From an uncultured Bacteroidales bacterium (GTDB lineage: Bacteria > Bacteroidota > Bacteroidia > Bacteroidales > FEN-979), in NCBI GenBank assembly GCA_903915465.1, contig CAIWTA010000082.1, positions 4,183 through 68,182 of the forward strand: a stretch of 64,000 bases of DNA. Reading direction: 5' to 3'. Position 1 is the first letter of the stretch. Every line of letters begins with the position of its first letter. The notes below the pieces were generated by a model, which worked only from the letters and a program-made list of their open reading frames with translations, was not told the origin of the DNA and searched no databases. Of this stretch, positions 18,403-27,349 are shown piece by piece. Both the position numbers and the translations under genes were made by a program.

Positions 18403-19716
18403 ATGAAAAGAATATTTTTATTACAACTACCACTCATTTTTATTTTTCTAACAGGGTATTCTATTCTTCATGCCCAGAAAAATGAATGGGTAAATCAGGT
18501 AATCGTAGCCAATGGAGGAAAATTTGAAGCTCCACCCTTTACAGATTACGTCACTGTCCAGTCCTATGATCCTGTCACAAAAATTGTTAACATATTTAGT
18601 ACCATATACACACAATCAGCGCAGGATGTGGTAATTAATGGAAATGTTGCATATGTCGCGGCCCAGGATTCAATTGTTATGTATAATATTGATACCTACC
18701 AGCGGATAGCTGCAATTGCAGACTCCGGGTTAAGTAAACTCTACTACTATCAGAATAAATTGATCGTTACAAAGAATTATCCGGTAAAACGATTCTTTGT
18801 CGAAATTCTGGATGCAAGTAATCTCGCTCTTCTGGGATTTGTTCAGGGAGTGTCTGGGGAATGTGGTGGAGCTGTAATGTCGAAAGATCTCTTGTATGTG
18901 GCAGTTGATAGTGGATGGCAGGGAACAAGGGGAAGATTGGCGATCATTGATCCTGCCGCTAATTGGCAATTGCTGCGGGAAGTAGACCTTGGAACCGATG
19001 CAGTCGGGATCTGGAACCTTTATGGTTATAACGAAAAAATCTATTCTGTGAACAAAACTCCTTTTGGCGGGGTGGATGTGGGAAGCATCAGCATGTATGA
19101 TGTGAATAGCGGCTCTTTCCAAAACCAGATTTTCAATGTCAAGATAGGAAATGGTTTTGGTATAAAAGACAATCTTCTATATCTGAATATAAGTGATGGT
19201 TTAGGGTCAATTAACCTAGATAACCTTCAGATTGCCGACACCATCATTATTGCCGCACCCAGTTCATCCGGGAACATTGTGATTCATTCTGCTGCCGTGG
19301 ACTATGTTAACAATCAGTTTTATTTGAATATAGGAAATTTTTCCAACTTTGGAATTGGATTTATAGCAACTTTCAATGGTGATTCCATCGGATCATACGC
19401 TACGGGCTTTAATTCTGAAGGTATTGCAATCGATTATCGTACACCATCTGGGATCAAGGATGACCAAGTACAGCAAAATTGTATCTCGATGGCTCCCAAT
19501 CCGGTATCTGACTTTTTGACACTGAACTTTACTGGTAGCGATATTGCCAGAGAAGTTAAAATCCTTGACTTGACTGGCAGGCAAGTTTATTCGATGGATC
19601 TCAATAAACAAGTCAGGGATCTGAAGGTTAACTGTACAGATTTCCCTTCAGGAATTTATCTTCTTTCTGTCAATACGTACGATAAAGTTATTTTACGAAA
19701 GTTCATTCGGAAATGA
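18403..19716 (+). CDS. secreted YncE/DUF5074-like beta-propeller protein with T9SS C-terminal sorting domain
   Basis: Signal peptide. It opens with VIVANGGKFEAPPF, comparable to the NEGNF opening of DUF5074 proteins, and repeated blade-like segments follow. The type-A T9SS CTD is MAPNPVSDFLTLNF...GIYLLSVNTYDKVILRKFIRK. Confidence 0.65.
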   Translation: MKRIFLLQLPLIFIFLTGYSILHAQKNEWVNQVIVANGGKFEAPPFTDYVTVQSYDPVTKIVNIFSTIYTQSAQDVVINGNVAYVAAQDSIVMYNIDTYQRIAAIADSGLSKLYYYQNKLIVTKNYPVKRFFVEILDASNLALLGFVQGVSGECGGAVMSKDLLYVAVDSGWQGTRGRLAIIDPAANWQLLREVDLGTDAVGIWNLYGYNEKIYSVNKTPFGGVDVGSISMYDVNSGSFQNQIFNVKIGNGFGIKDNLLYLNISDGLGSINLDNLQIADTIIIAAPSSSGNIVIHSAAVDYVNNQFYLNIGNFSNFGIGFIATFNGDSIGSYATGFNSEGIAIDYRTPSGIKDDQVQQNCISMAPNPVSDFLTLNFTGSDIAREVKILDLTGRQVYSMDLNKQVRDLKVNCTDFPSGIYLLSVNTYDKVILRKFIRK

Positions 19717-19805
19717 CCTTTTATTAAATCATTTTTTGAGAAGAATTCTTGCCTTAAAGATTACGTTAAAAGTGGTTCTGAATTTAGATGCAAAAATAGA
19801 TTAAC

Positions 19806-20813
19806 ATGAAAATTCTTTTATTTCTTTCCTGTACTTTCCTTATTTTTTCCTCATTACCGGCGATCCATGGATATGCCCAGTTTCCGCCGGCAGTAGGTCA
19901 ACCTGGAACTACGGCAATGTACATGGATAGTACAGCTTTTGTTGGTTGGGCAAACACTTGCAAGGTAACCAGGGGTTATGTAAACATTTCTGATACTACA
20001 ATTACCTACAATGGACAAAATTATTCCAGCTATGGAACTGAAGCTGATGCACTTGGTAAAGCCGACAATGCTGTTGTCAGCCTGGGTGATGGTGGTTCTG
20101 CTATACTTACATTTGAAAGCTATATAATCAATGGAGCTGGATTTGATTTTGCTGTATTTGAAAACAGTCTTGACGGATCATTTTTAGAACTGGGTTTTGT
20201 GGAAGTAAGCTCTGACGGTACGAATTTCTTTCGATTTCCTGCTATCTCCAATACGCAGACAATCAATCAGGTAGCCATGTTTGGAACACTCGATCCTACA
20301 AAAATCAACAACTTGGCTGGGAAATACAAAGTTCTTTATGGAACTCCATTTGATCTGGACATACTGAATGGAACACCTGGATTGGATGTGAACCATATAA
20401 CCCATGTTAAGATCATTGACGTTGTCGGGAATATTATTGCTCCTTATGCAACCCTTGATTCCCAGGGAAACATCGTGAACGATCCGTGGCCAACTCCTTT
20501 TAATACATGTGGATTCGACCTCGATGCGATAGGAGTGATCAACGCTGATCCACTGACCATCTTCGAACAAGTAAAGCATAAAAATATTGATCTTTATCCA
20601 AACCCAGTGATGAATTCCCTGACAATTAATATCCTGGATGGCTCGACTGTTAGTCTTGTCCTGACAAACATTACAGGAATAGAGGTTAAAACAATTGAGA
20701 ACATCACAAATAATTCAACATTCAGCTTATCTTCTCTTCCTGCCGGAATCTATTTCGGCCTCTTCAGATTCCCCGATGGAGTAATTGAATCCCGGAAAAT
20801 CATTAAGCTTTAA
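19806..20813 (+). CDS. secreted cell-surface protein of unknown function with T9SS C-terminal sorting domain
   Basis: Signal peptide. The N-terminal roughly 250 aa contain GAGFDFAVFENSLDGSFLELGFVEVSSDGTNFFRF, a block I recognise from uncharacterised surface proteins that co-occur with TonB receptors. The T9SS CTD is LYPNPVMNSLTINI...GIYFGLFRFPDGVIESRKIIKL. Confidence 0.6.
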   Translation: MKILLFLSCTFLIFSSLPAIHGYAQFPPAVGQPGTTAMYMDSTAFVGWANTCKVTRGYVNISDTTITYNGQNYSSYGTEADALGKADNAVVSLGDGGSAILTFESYIINGAGFDFAVFENSLDGSFLELGFVEVSSDGTNFFRFPAISNTQTINQVAMFGTLDPTKINNLAGKYKVLYGTPFDLDILNGTPGLDVNHITHVKIIDVVGNIIAPYATLDSQGNIVNDPWPTPFNTCGFDLDAIGVINADPLTIFEQVKHKNIDLYPNPVMNSLTINILDGSTVSLVLTNITGIEVKTIENITNNSTFSLSSLPAGIYFGLFRFPDGVIESRKIIKL

Positions 20814-20842
20814 CACGCATCTCATTATCTTAATTTACTGAT

Positions 20843-22771
20843 TTGATAGGAGCTAAGACACATATTCGGGTTGTTCTGCTATTCTTTCTCTTTTTTGTAA
20901 ATCAGTTTCTGTTCTCCCAAAGTTTGAAAGACACCTTACAGTTAGAGGGATTCGAGGTGAAATCGAATTTTCTGGTGCATAACCCTGGATTCAAAAAGGT
21001 AAGAATCGATTCTTCGCTGCTGATTCCTCAGATGAATGCCGACCTCTCCACAATTCTTGCCCAGCATTCAACGATTTTTATCAAATCATACGGAAACGGC
21101 AGCCTTGCCACACCTTCTTTACGTGGTACTTCGGCCAGCCATACTCAGATTGAATGGAACGGTATCAGCATAAATTCACCCATGCTTGGAATGATGAACC
21201 TCTCGCAGGTTCCTGTTTCCCAGTTTAATGATATTGATATCCTTTACGGACCAGCTAGTATTTCGCAAACGAGCGGTGCTTTTGGTGGTGTAATAAACCT
21301 TGTAACAAACCCAGATTGGAACAACAGGATCAACCTTCTCATTGCTCAGACCCTGGCCAGTTTTTCTTCATATAACACAAACGTTGGAATTGCAATTGGG
21401 AATTTGAATGTTCAATCAGTTACTAAAATAAACTATGGCTCAGCATTGAATGACTTTCCCTTTTACAATGAACAAACCAATTCAAGACAAAAACAGCAAA
21501 ATGCACAATATTCACTGGGTGGCATTTCTGAGGAAGCCTTCTTTAAATTTTCAAATAAATATTTCCTGACAGCAAGACTATGGTATAGTGAGAATAATAC
21601 TCATATTCCACCGATATCAACAAATGTCAAAAACCTGGACAACTTCGTACAAAAGGATCGTGTATTGAAGAGCATGATTGAAGGAAAAGTGCTTGGAAAA
21701 AAAAATGTGCTGACACTGCGAACTGCCCTTGTTGATCAGTTTATGAGTTTCACCGACAGCATCAGTAAACACCAGGTCTATTCCTGGACGAACCGTGTAA
21801 AATGGACCTTTTCAGGAATCAAAAACCTGAGTTTCAAACCGGGAATTGATATCAATTATGATTGGGTCATCTCGGATGCCTATGACGGTGAAAAAACAAG
21901 AAGCAATATTGGTGCTTTTGCTGAATTTATCTATGATTTAAAGAAAATTAATTTCACACTTGTATTCAGACAGGATATCATTGATGGGAAATTTCTTCCA
22001 TTTATTCCTGGTTTTGGATTTGGCTTAAGTCCATTCAATAAAATCAATATCAGCCTGAATGCAAATGTGTCCAAAAACTACCGATATCCATCCTTGAACG
22101 ATCTTTATTGGAGAGTCTATGGAAATCCGGATTTACATCCGGAGACGGATTATGCTACAGAGGGAAGTATAATCTACAGCTATCTAAATAAAAAGAGACA
22201 TTTTTTCCTGGAAGCTGAAATCACCGGTTATTATTCAAAAATGATTGATCTGATCACATGGACACCTGTAACTGGTAACAGTTCTGTCTGGAGCCCGGAA
22301 AATATCAGCGAAGTCCTTGCCAGGGGAGCTGAAGTAGGCTTCAATCTTTGGTTGGAAGTCTGGAAAGGGAAAATTTCAATAGACAACAACTACAGCTATT
22401 GTAAATCCACCAGTGAAAAAGCAAAATCTGCACAGGATGCTTCTGTGGGTAAGCAGCTCATCTATATCCCTGTACACTCTTTAAACTCAACTCTGACATT
22501 AAAAAGAAATGAATTTTATTTGTCATATATTTTCCAGTTTGTAAGTAAAAGATATACAGGGACAGACAACGAAACTTACATGCCTGCATATTCTCTTTCT
22601 AATTTAATTTTCGGGAAAAACATTCATCTGAGAAAAATTATAGTATCTTTACAACTACAAATCAATAATTTGTTAGATTTGGATTATCAATCTATTGTAA
22701 ATCGGCCTATGCCGGGACGGAATTATGCTTTTACACTGAAATTCAATTTCTTAAATCAACAACCAAATTAA
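20843..22771 (+). CDS. TonB-dependent outer-membrane receptor (BtuB/CirA-size class)
   Basis: Plug-domain blocks (SYGNGSLATPSLRGTSASHTQIEWNGISINSPM, DIDILYGPASISQTSGAFGGVINLVT). Terminal beta-strand GRNYAFTLKFNF. TTG start. Confidence 0.85.
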   Translation: MIGAKTHIRVVLLFFLFFVNQFLFSQSLKDTLQLEGFEVKSNFLVHNPGFKKVRIDSSLLIPQMNADLSTILAQHSTIFIKSYGNGSLATPSLRGTSASHTQIEWNGISINSPMLGMMNLSQVPVSQFNDIDILYGPASISQTSGAFGGVINLVTNPDWNNRINLLIAQTLASFSSYNTNVGIAIGNLNVQSVTKINYGSALNDFPFYNEQTNSRQKQQNAQYSLGGISEEAFFKFSNKYFLTARLWYSENNTHIPPISTNVKNLDNFVQKDRVLKSMIEGKVLGKKNVLTLRTALVDQFMSFTDSISKHQVYSWTNRVKWTFSGIKNLSFKPGIDINYDWVISDAYDGEKTRSNIGAFAEFIYDLKKINFTLVFRQDIIDGKFLPFIPGFGFGLSPFNKINISLNANVSKNYRYPSLNDLYWRVYGNPDLHPETDYATEGSIIYSYLNKKRHFFLEAEITGYYSKMIDLITWTPVTGNSSVWSPENISEVLARGAEVGFNLWLEVWKGKISIDNNYSYCKSTSEKAKSAQDASVGKQLIYIPVHSLNSTLTLKRNEFYLSYIFQFVSKRYTGTDNETYMPAYSLSNLIFGKNIHLRKIIVSLQLQINNLLDLDYQSIVNRPMPGRNYAFTLKFNFLNQQPN

Positions 22772-22772
22772 T

Positions 22773-23918
22773 TTGTACATCAAAACTAAAAAGTTTACGA
22801 TCAGCCGGATTCATACATATCTCCTTGTCTTTCTGAAAGGTCTTTTCTTTCTTGCCATTCTCGTCATGGCATTTTCCTGCAGCAAGAAACCCATTAGAGA
22901 ATCAAAAGAGACACCTGCACTTCCTCCTCTGGATTCCTTTAGTAATGGCGTTTTTGTCGTGAATGAAGGAAATTTCAATTGGGGTAATGCTTCCGTTTCT
23001 TTTATCAATCTTTCTGACAATACCGTTGATGCTGACCTGTTTGAGCCAATTAACCACAGGAGCCTTGGTGATGTTGCTCAAAGCATGAATATTTCAGGAA
23101 ACCAGGGTTATATTGTAGTGAATAACTCAAATAAAATTGAAATCGTCTCCTTGAAAGATTTTTCGTCCGTAAAATCTCTTTCAGGATTCAATTCTCCGCG
23201 CGACATTGCATTTGTAACTTCTGATAAAGCCTATGTAACGAATCTCCTTGGTGATATTATGGTCATCAACCTTCATACGATGGAAATTAAAGAGATTATC
23301 AAAACTTCTTGTTGGACAGAACAGATGGTCAAATTCGGAAACCTGATATTTGTTGCTGCAATCGGAAAATATGACGACCCCAACTCAAAACGAAATGCAA
23401 AAGTGCTTATCATTAATTCCCTTACAGACCAGATCATTGATAGCATCAAGACTGGAAAAGAACCACTGGGAATGGTGATCGATAGAAAGGAAAAGGTCTG
23501 GGTACTTTGTACTGGTGGGTATGATAATTACGAAGCACCATCCTTGATACGGATTGATCCTCTTCTGCTGATCGTCGAAAAATCTTTTCCTTTCCCAAAT
23601 GTGAAAGACGCCCCATCCAGACTTTGTATAAACGGCACTGGTGATACATTATATTTTTTGAAAAATGGAATATTTCAAATGCCGGTCACCGCATTAACTT
23701 TATCCAGTCAGCCTTTAATTCCTTCCCAGGGCAGACTTTTCTACGGACTTGGCATCAATCCAGCCAATGGCAACATTTTTGCTTCGGACGCCGTTGATTA
23801 CGTGCAAAATGGCTTGGTCTATCAGTTCAGCTCATCAACTGGTCAGCTTATCCATTCGTATGAGGTGGGCAGAATTCCTGGCTCCTTCTGCTTTTCGAAT
23901 GCATCTGTAAAGAATTAG
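22773..23918 (+). CDS. YncE/DUF5074-like beta-propeller lipoprotein
   Basis: Lipobox LVMAFSCSKK. Hallmark opening FVVNEGNFNWGNASVSFINL. Repeated propeller-like segments follow, ending GRIPGSFCF. It starts 1 nt after the receptor's stop. Confidence 0.7.
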   Translation: MYIKTKKFTISRIHTYLLVFLKGLFFLAILVMAFSCSKKPIRESKETPALPPLDSFSNGVFVVNEGNFNWGNASVSFINLSDNTVDADLFEPINHRSLGDVAQSMNISGNQGYIVVNNSNKIEIVSLKDFSSVKSLSGFNSPRDIAFVTSDKAYVTNLLGDIMVINLHTMEIKEIIKTSCWTEQMVKFGNLIFVAAIGKYDDPNSKRNAKVLIINSLTDQIIDSIKTGKEPLGMVIDRKEKVWVLCTGGYDNYEAPSLIRIDPLLLIVEKSFPFPNVKDAPSRLCINGTGDTLYFLKNGIFQMPVTALTLSSQPLIPSQGRLFYGLGINPANGNIFASDAVDYVQNGLVYQFSSSTGQLIHSYEVGRIPGSFCFSNASVKN

Positions 23919-24080
23919 GTTCCTGCTTGTCTATGAATTCTCGGGAAAGATTTTTTTGAATAACAAGGGATCTCACACAAAAATTTACGTGCAGTGCAAT
24001 TATCCTTTAACAATTATTACAGGATCCCAGCTATGCTGAAAAAAACCAGTGAACTGACCTTCGAGATCACGCTCATAAAT

Positions 24081-24725
24081 TTATAAGACAATTCTTTTCG
24101 CTATTTCCCTGAATTCACTTAGTATCATTGCTGTTGCTCCCCATATCGTATACCCGTCAATGATATAACAGGGTGCAAAAATATTTGCTCCGTTTCGGAG
24201 AAGAATATGCTTCCGTTTGATGTTTGTATCATTTAACAGGTCTGAAAGGCTGATTTCAATGATCTTCTCGACTTCTTTGCGATCCGGATTGAAAGTAGGT
24301 GTATACTCCGAAAATCCGATAAATGGCTGAACAAGGTAATTACTGGGTGGAATATATAGTTCTGATAATTTTCCAATAATGTTGACTTTATGAGTGTCGA
24401 TGCCAATTTCTTCATGCGCTTCTCTTAAGGCTGTCCCGCAAAGGTCTGTATCCGAACTTTCATATTTCCCACCAGGTAAACTGATCTGGCCACTATGTAT
24501 CCCATCATATGTTGGACGTAACATCAACACAAGGCGAATGGAATCATCTGTCGAACCAGGATAAAGGAGAATCAAAACGCTGCTTTTAACCGCTTGGTTC
24601 TGTTTGGAAAAATCAAATAACTCACGGATCTTCCTGATCGATGACATGGTTAGTTGAACTGCCCTTCCCGGAAGCGGTTTTTCTAGTTCTTTTTTAAGAT
24701 TGGAAGTGAAAGTTGAGAAGATCAT
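24081..24725 (-). CDS. NUDIX hydrolase, CoA-pyrophosphatase-like
   Basis: Nudix box GGKYESSDTDLCGTALREAHEEIGI. Confidence 0.8.
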   Translation of the reverse strand: MIFSTFTSNLKKELEKPLPGRAVQLTMSSIRKIRELFDFSKQNQAVKSSVLILLYPGSTDDSIRLVLMLRPTYDGIHSGQISLPGGKYESSDTDLCGTALREAHEEIGIDTHKVNIIGKLSELYIPPSNYLVQPFIGFSEYTPTFNPDRKEVEKIIEISLSDLLNDTNIKRKHILLRNGANIFAPCYIIDGYTIWGATAMILSEFREIAKRIVL

Positions 24726-24815
24726 CTGGCGAAAAGATCAATAAATATTTTTATCAAAATTACGATTTGTTTTCTGCTAAATTTTGTATTATTGCAGAGT
24801 ATTGAAAAATGGCAA

Positions 24816-25088
24816 ATGGTTAAGCAAAAGCGAAAACCGGTAGGAGAGGAACATGGACTGGTTGATTATAGTAGGGAATTAATCCTGTTTAATGATGAAA
24901 AGAATTCGTTTGATTTTGTAATTCAAACGCTGATCGATGTATGCGATCATGAATTACTCCAAGCAGAACAGTGCGCATTTATTGCCCACTTTAAGGGCAA
25001 ATGTGCTGTCAAATCAGGATTTTGGGGAGAACTCAAGCCAAAGTTCGAAGAGATGTCCCGCAGGGGTTTAACTGTTTCTATTGATTGA
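24816..25088 (+). CDS. clpS: ATP-dependent Clp protease adaptor ClpS
   Basis: ClpS core LILFNDEKNSFDFVIQTLIDVCDHELLQAEQCAFIAHFKGKCAVKSG. Start set at the in-frame ATG at 24816. Confidence 0.85.
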   Translation: MVKQKRKPVGEEHGLVDYSRELILFNDEKNSFDFVIQTLIDVCDHELLQAEQCAFIAHFKGKCAVKSGFWGELKPKFEEMSRRGLTVSID

Positions 25089-25318
25089 AACCAAAATTAA
25101 CTTGAAGTTAATTTCAAGCATTGATTCGTGCAAGGCGGCTGGCAGCTATTAAAAATAAATTTAATGTATTTTTTTACCTTTTAAATTATCTGAAGTTAAT
25201 CGTATGTATATAAGCATCTTACGAATTGTTTTTGTTGCTATAATCACCTATAAATAAGATATTTCATAAATTATCGAGAATCAATGGCGAAAAACTTGCT
25301 TTTCAGTTCTACGGATTG

Positions 25319-25326
25319 TATATTTG
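25319..25326 (+). promoter_or_regulatory. orphan TAnnTTTG -7 box with upstream TTG
   Basis: TATATTTG at 25319-25326, with cTTG at 25295-25298 (20-nt spacer), matching the -33/-7 architecture. No CDS follows on this strand. Confidence 0.4.
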
Positions 25327-25331
25327 CCGAG

Positions 25332-25460
25332 TCAAGCTAAATATAATTAGAAAGGGATTCGTAGAAAAGGTTCTTGAATGGTTTAGTTTGAAGCATTAGG
25401 CGGTTACGGTTGTCTGAGAGAAGTGGGGATCACCAAAATGTGATTCCCACTTTGCTTTTA
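25332..25460 (+). ncRNA. candidate small RNA of about 130 nt, family not recognised
   Basis: It is bounded by the orphan promoter above and the terminator at 25423-25460. There is no ORF beyond a few codons inside it. It lies in a 440-bp gap between clpS and a convergent gene. Confidence 0.3.
25423..25460 (+). terminator. rho-independent terminator
   Basis: An 11-bp stem, GTGGGGATCAC-CAAAAT-GTGATTCCCAC, with one G-U pair, is followed by TTTGCTTTTA. It could also act in reverse for the minus-strand gene ending at 25528, but that side has only a weak U tract. Confidence 0.6.
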
Positions 25461-25527
25461 TCGGTACCCTGTTCAACTAAATAAGGATAAATTTCAGCAC
25501 TTGGAAAGACGATAGACGGATTGTTTC

Positions 25528-26292
25528 TTAAAGTATATAAGGTATTAAAGCTCTTCTCCTTGCAGGATAATCAGGAAATGTGGCCTTATACCATTGATGA
25601 TGATTCAACGCCCTTGGAATTAAATTCACTATTGTCCAGATCGCAAATGCCAGTCCTGGTAAGCTCCACGTCATTAAAGCAAATCCGCACCATTCTAAGA
25701 TCTCGCTGAAATGATTGGGACATGAAATAACCTCGAACAATCCCCCTTGTGGAATTGTGTATCCCTTTTCTCCCGGTTTTCTTAAATGTATAAGAATATT
25801 GTCAGACTGCCAGTTTTTGGACAGACCATAGATACTCAAGAAAAGTCCCGCAATAAAACAGGGACTATGGAGCCAGGAAAGTTCATACTTCTCTGAAAGA
25901 GATCCAAAATAATATCCATTAATAAATCCATTTACCAGATTAAAGCAAAATGCCATCAACACAATGATAAATGGTATTTTCTTTCCTTTAGTCCTAAGCC
26001 TGAAAGGGAAAACCAATGTTCTGTTGATATAGTGTATCATCCAGAAAGCAAAAAAAACCCAAGGCACGATGTTATGCTTTAGAGTACCAAAAAGAAAGAA
26101 AAAGGCAAAAGCAAGTAATGCAGGTGACTCCATAATCATCCACCCGATTTTATTACTGATTAATGGTCCCCACGCAGTTGTAGTGTGTCTGCCGTATGGA
26201 GCAATAATCCTCAAAATAACAGGGAAAAGAATAACTGCAACAGCAATCCAGATGTAGATAAAAAAATAAAAATTCGTGGTTGACATAACCAA
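25528..26292 (-). CDS. 3-oxo-5-alpha-steroid 4-dehydrogenase (steroid 5-alpha-reductase) family membrane protein
   Basis: A polytopic membrane protein. The family-typical C-terminus is GGLFEVISCPNHFSEILEWCGFALMTW...RALNHHQWYKATFPDYPARRRALIPYIL. Confidence 0.8.
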   Translation of the reverse strand: MVMSTTNFYFFIYIWIAVAVILFPVILRIIAPYGRHTTTAWGPLISNKIGWMIMESPALLAFAFFFLFGTLKHNIVPWVFFAFWMIHYINRTLVFPFRLRTKGKKIPFIIVLMAFCFNLVNGFINGYYFGSLSEKYELSWLHSPCFIAGLFLSIYGLSKNWQSDNILIHLRKPGEKGYTIPQGGLFEVISCPNHFSEILEWCGFALMTWSLPGLAFAIWTIVNLIPRALNHHQWYKATFPDYPARRRALIPYIL

Positions 26293-26293
26293 G

Positions 26294-27280
26294 TTATTTT
26301 TTGTTTAGAAAATCATTTTTGTTAAACCAATTGAAGATATCTGTTATCGTTTCCTCAATAGGTCTTGGGGTGAAACCAAGCTCTTTCCTCGCTTTTGAAT
26401 TAGAAATCAGTTTGTTTGACTTTTTAATAATTTCTAACGACTCCTTAGTATAAAGTGGAACAGCTCCGGTTATCCTGCTGTGAAAAGTGATGAAAGGAAG
26501 TCCGGCTTTTGCTACCCAGAAAGGCATTTCCATTTGGGTTGTTCTTTTCTGAGTCGTTTTTTCGATTAAAATCGCGATTTCTTTTAAACTATGCCATTTT
26601 CCTGATAATAGATATTTTTCCCCGTTCCTTCCTTTATTAATAGAATCAATTGCTGCAGAAACGATGTCTCGAACATCAACCCAATTGTATCCACCCGGAA
26701 CCAATGCTGGAATCTGCCTATTGACCAATTGAAGGAATGCTTTTCCCATCAATGACGGTTCGTAATCCATCGGACCAATGATTGCAGTAGGACTTAGAAT
26801 AAAAGCATTTAAACCATTGTTCGCAGCTTCCATTACGATTCTTTCACCATCCGCTTTTGACCGGTCGTAAGAAAATGCGTTGTCATCTACCAATTCTCTG
26901 GTCTCATCCAGAGTCTGGTTCAGCGGCTCCTGGCGGAATGCATGAATAGAGCTAAAATGGATAAACTTTTTCACGCCCGCTTTCTGAGAAGCCTGAATAA
27001 TATTCCGTGTTCCCTCCACATTGAGCCTTCTTACAGTTCCAAGAGGGTCACCGGCAATCGATATTTTGGCAGCAAGATGGAACACAACATCAACACCGTC
27101 TACAAATGATTCTAAAAAATTAGGATCGAGCAAATCACCTTGAAAAATAGTTGTTTTCAAATGCTTAAGAGCATAATCATTTTGATGGCTTAATGCTCTG
27201 ACATAATCCCCTTTCTCTACTAATTTTTGGCACAAATTAGCCCCTACATGGCCATTGGCGCCAGTAACAGCAATTATCAT
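26294..27280 (-). CDS. extended SDR, NAD(P)-dependent epimerase/dehydratase / dihydroflavonol-reductase / HpnA-like
   Basis: Rossmann motif VTGANGHVGANL and catalytic YDRSK. Its stop lies 1 nt from the start of the 5-alpha-reductase-like gene, suggesting co-transcription. Confidence 0.8.
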   Translation of the reverse strand: MIIAVTGANGHVGANLCQKLVEKGDYVRALSHQNDYALKHLKTTIFQGDLLDPNFLESFVDGVDVVFHLAAKISIAGDPLGTVRRLNVEGTRNIIQASQKAGVKKFIHFSSIHAFRQEPLNQTLDETRELVDDNAFSYDRSKADGERIVMEAANNGLNAFILSPTAIIGPMDYEPSLMGKAFLQLVNRQIPALVPGGYNWVDVRDIVSAAIDSINKGRNGEKYLLSGKWHSLKEIAILIEKTTQKRTTQMEMPFWVAKAGLPFITFHSRITGAVPLYTKESLEIIKKSNKLISNSKARKELGFTPRPIEETITDIFNWFNKNDFLNKK

Positions 27281-27349
27281 AACAATATACTTGAAATAAC
27301 AAAGATAATAGTTTTTATAAAATACATAAAGAAATAGAAATCTGCCTGG

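Noticed and set aside
25094-25114. 21-bp perfect palindrome after clpS as an intrinsic terminator
   Set aside because: The stem is almost entirely A-T pairs and has no following U tract, so it would be a weak terminator. It is noted only as a possible protein-binding palindrome under the 25089-25527 finding.
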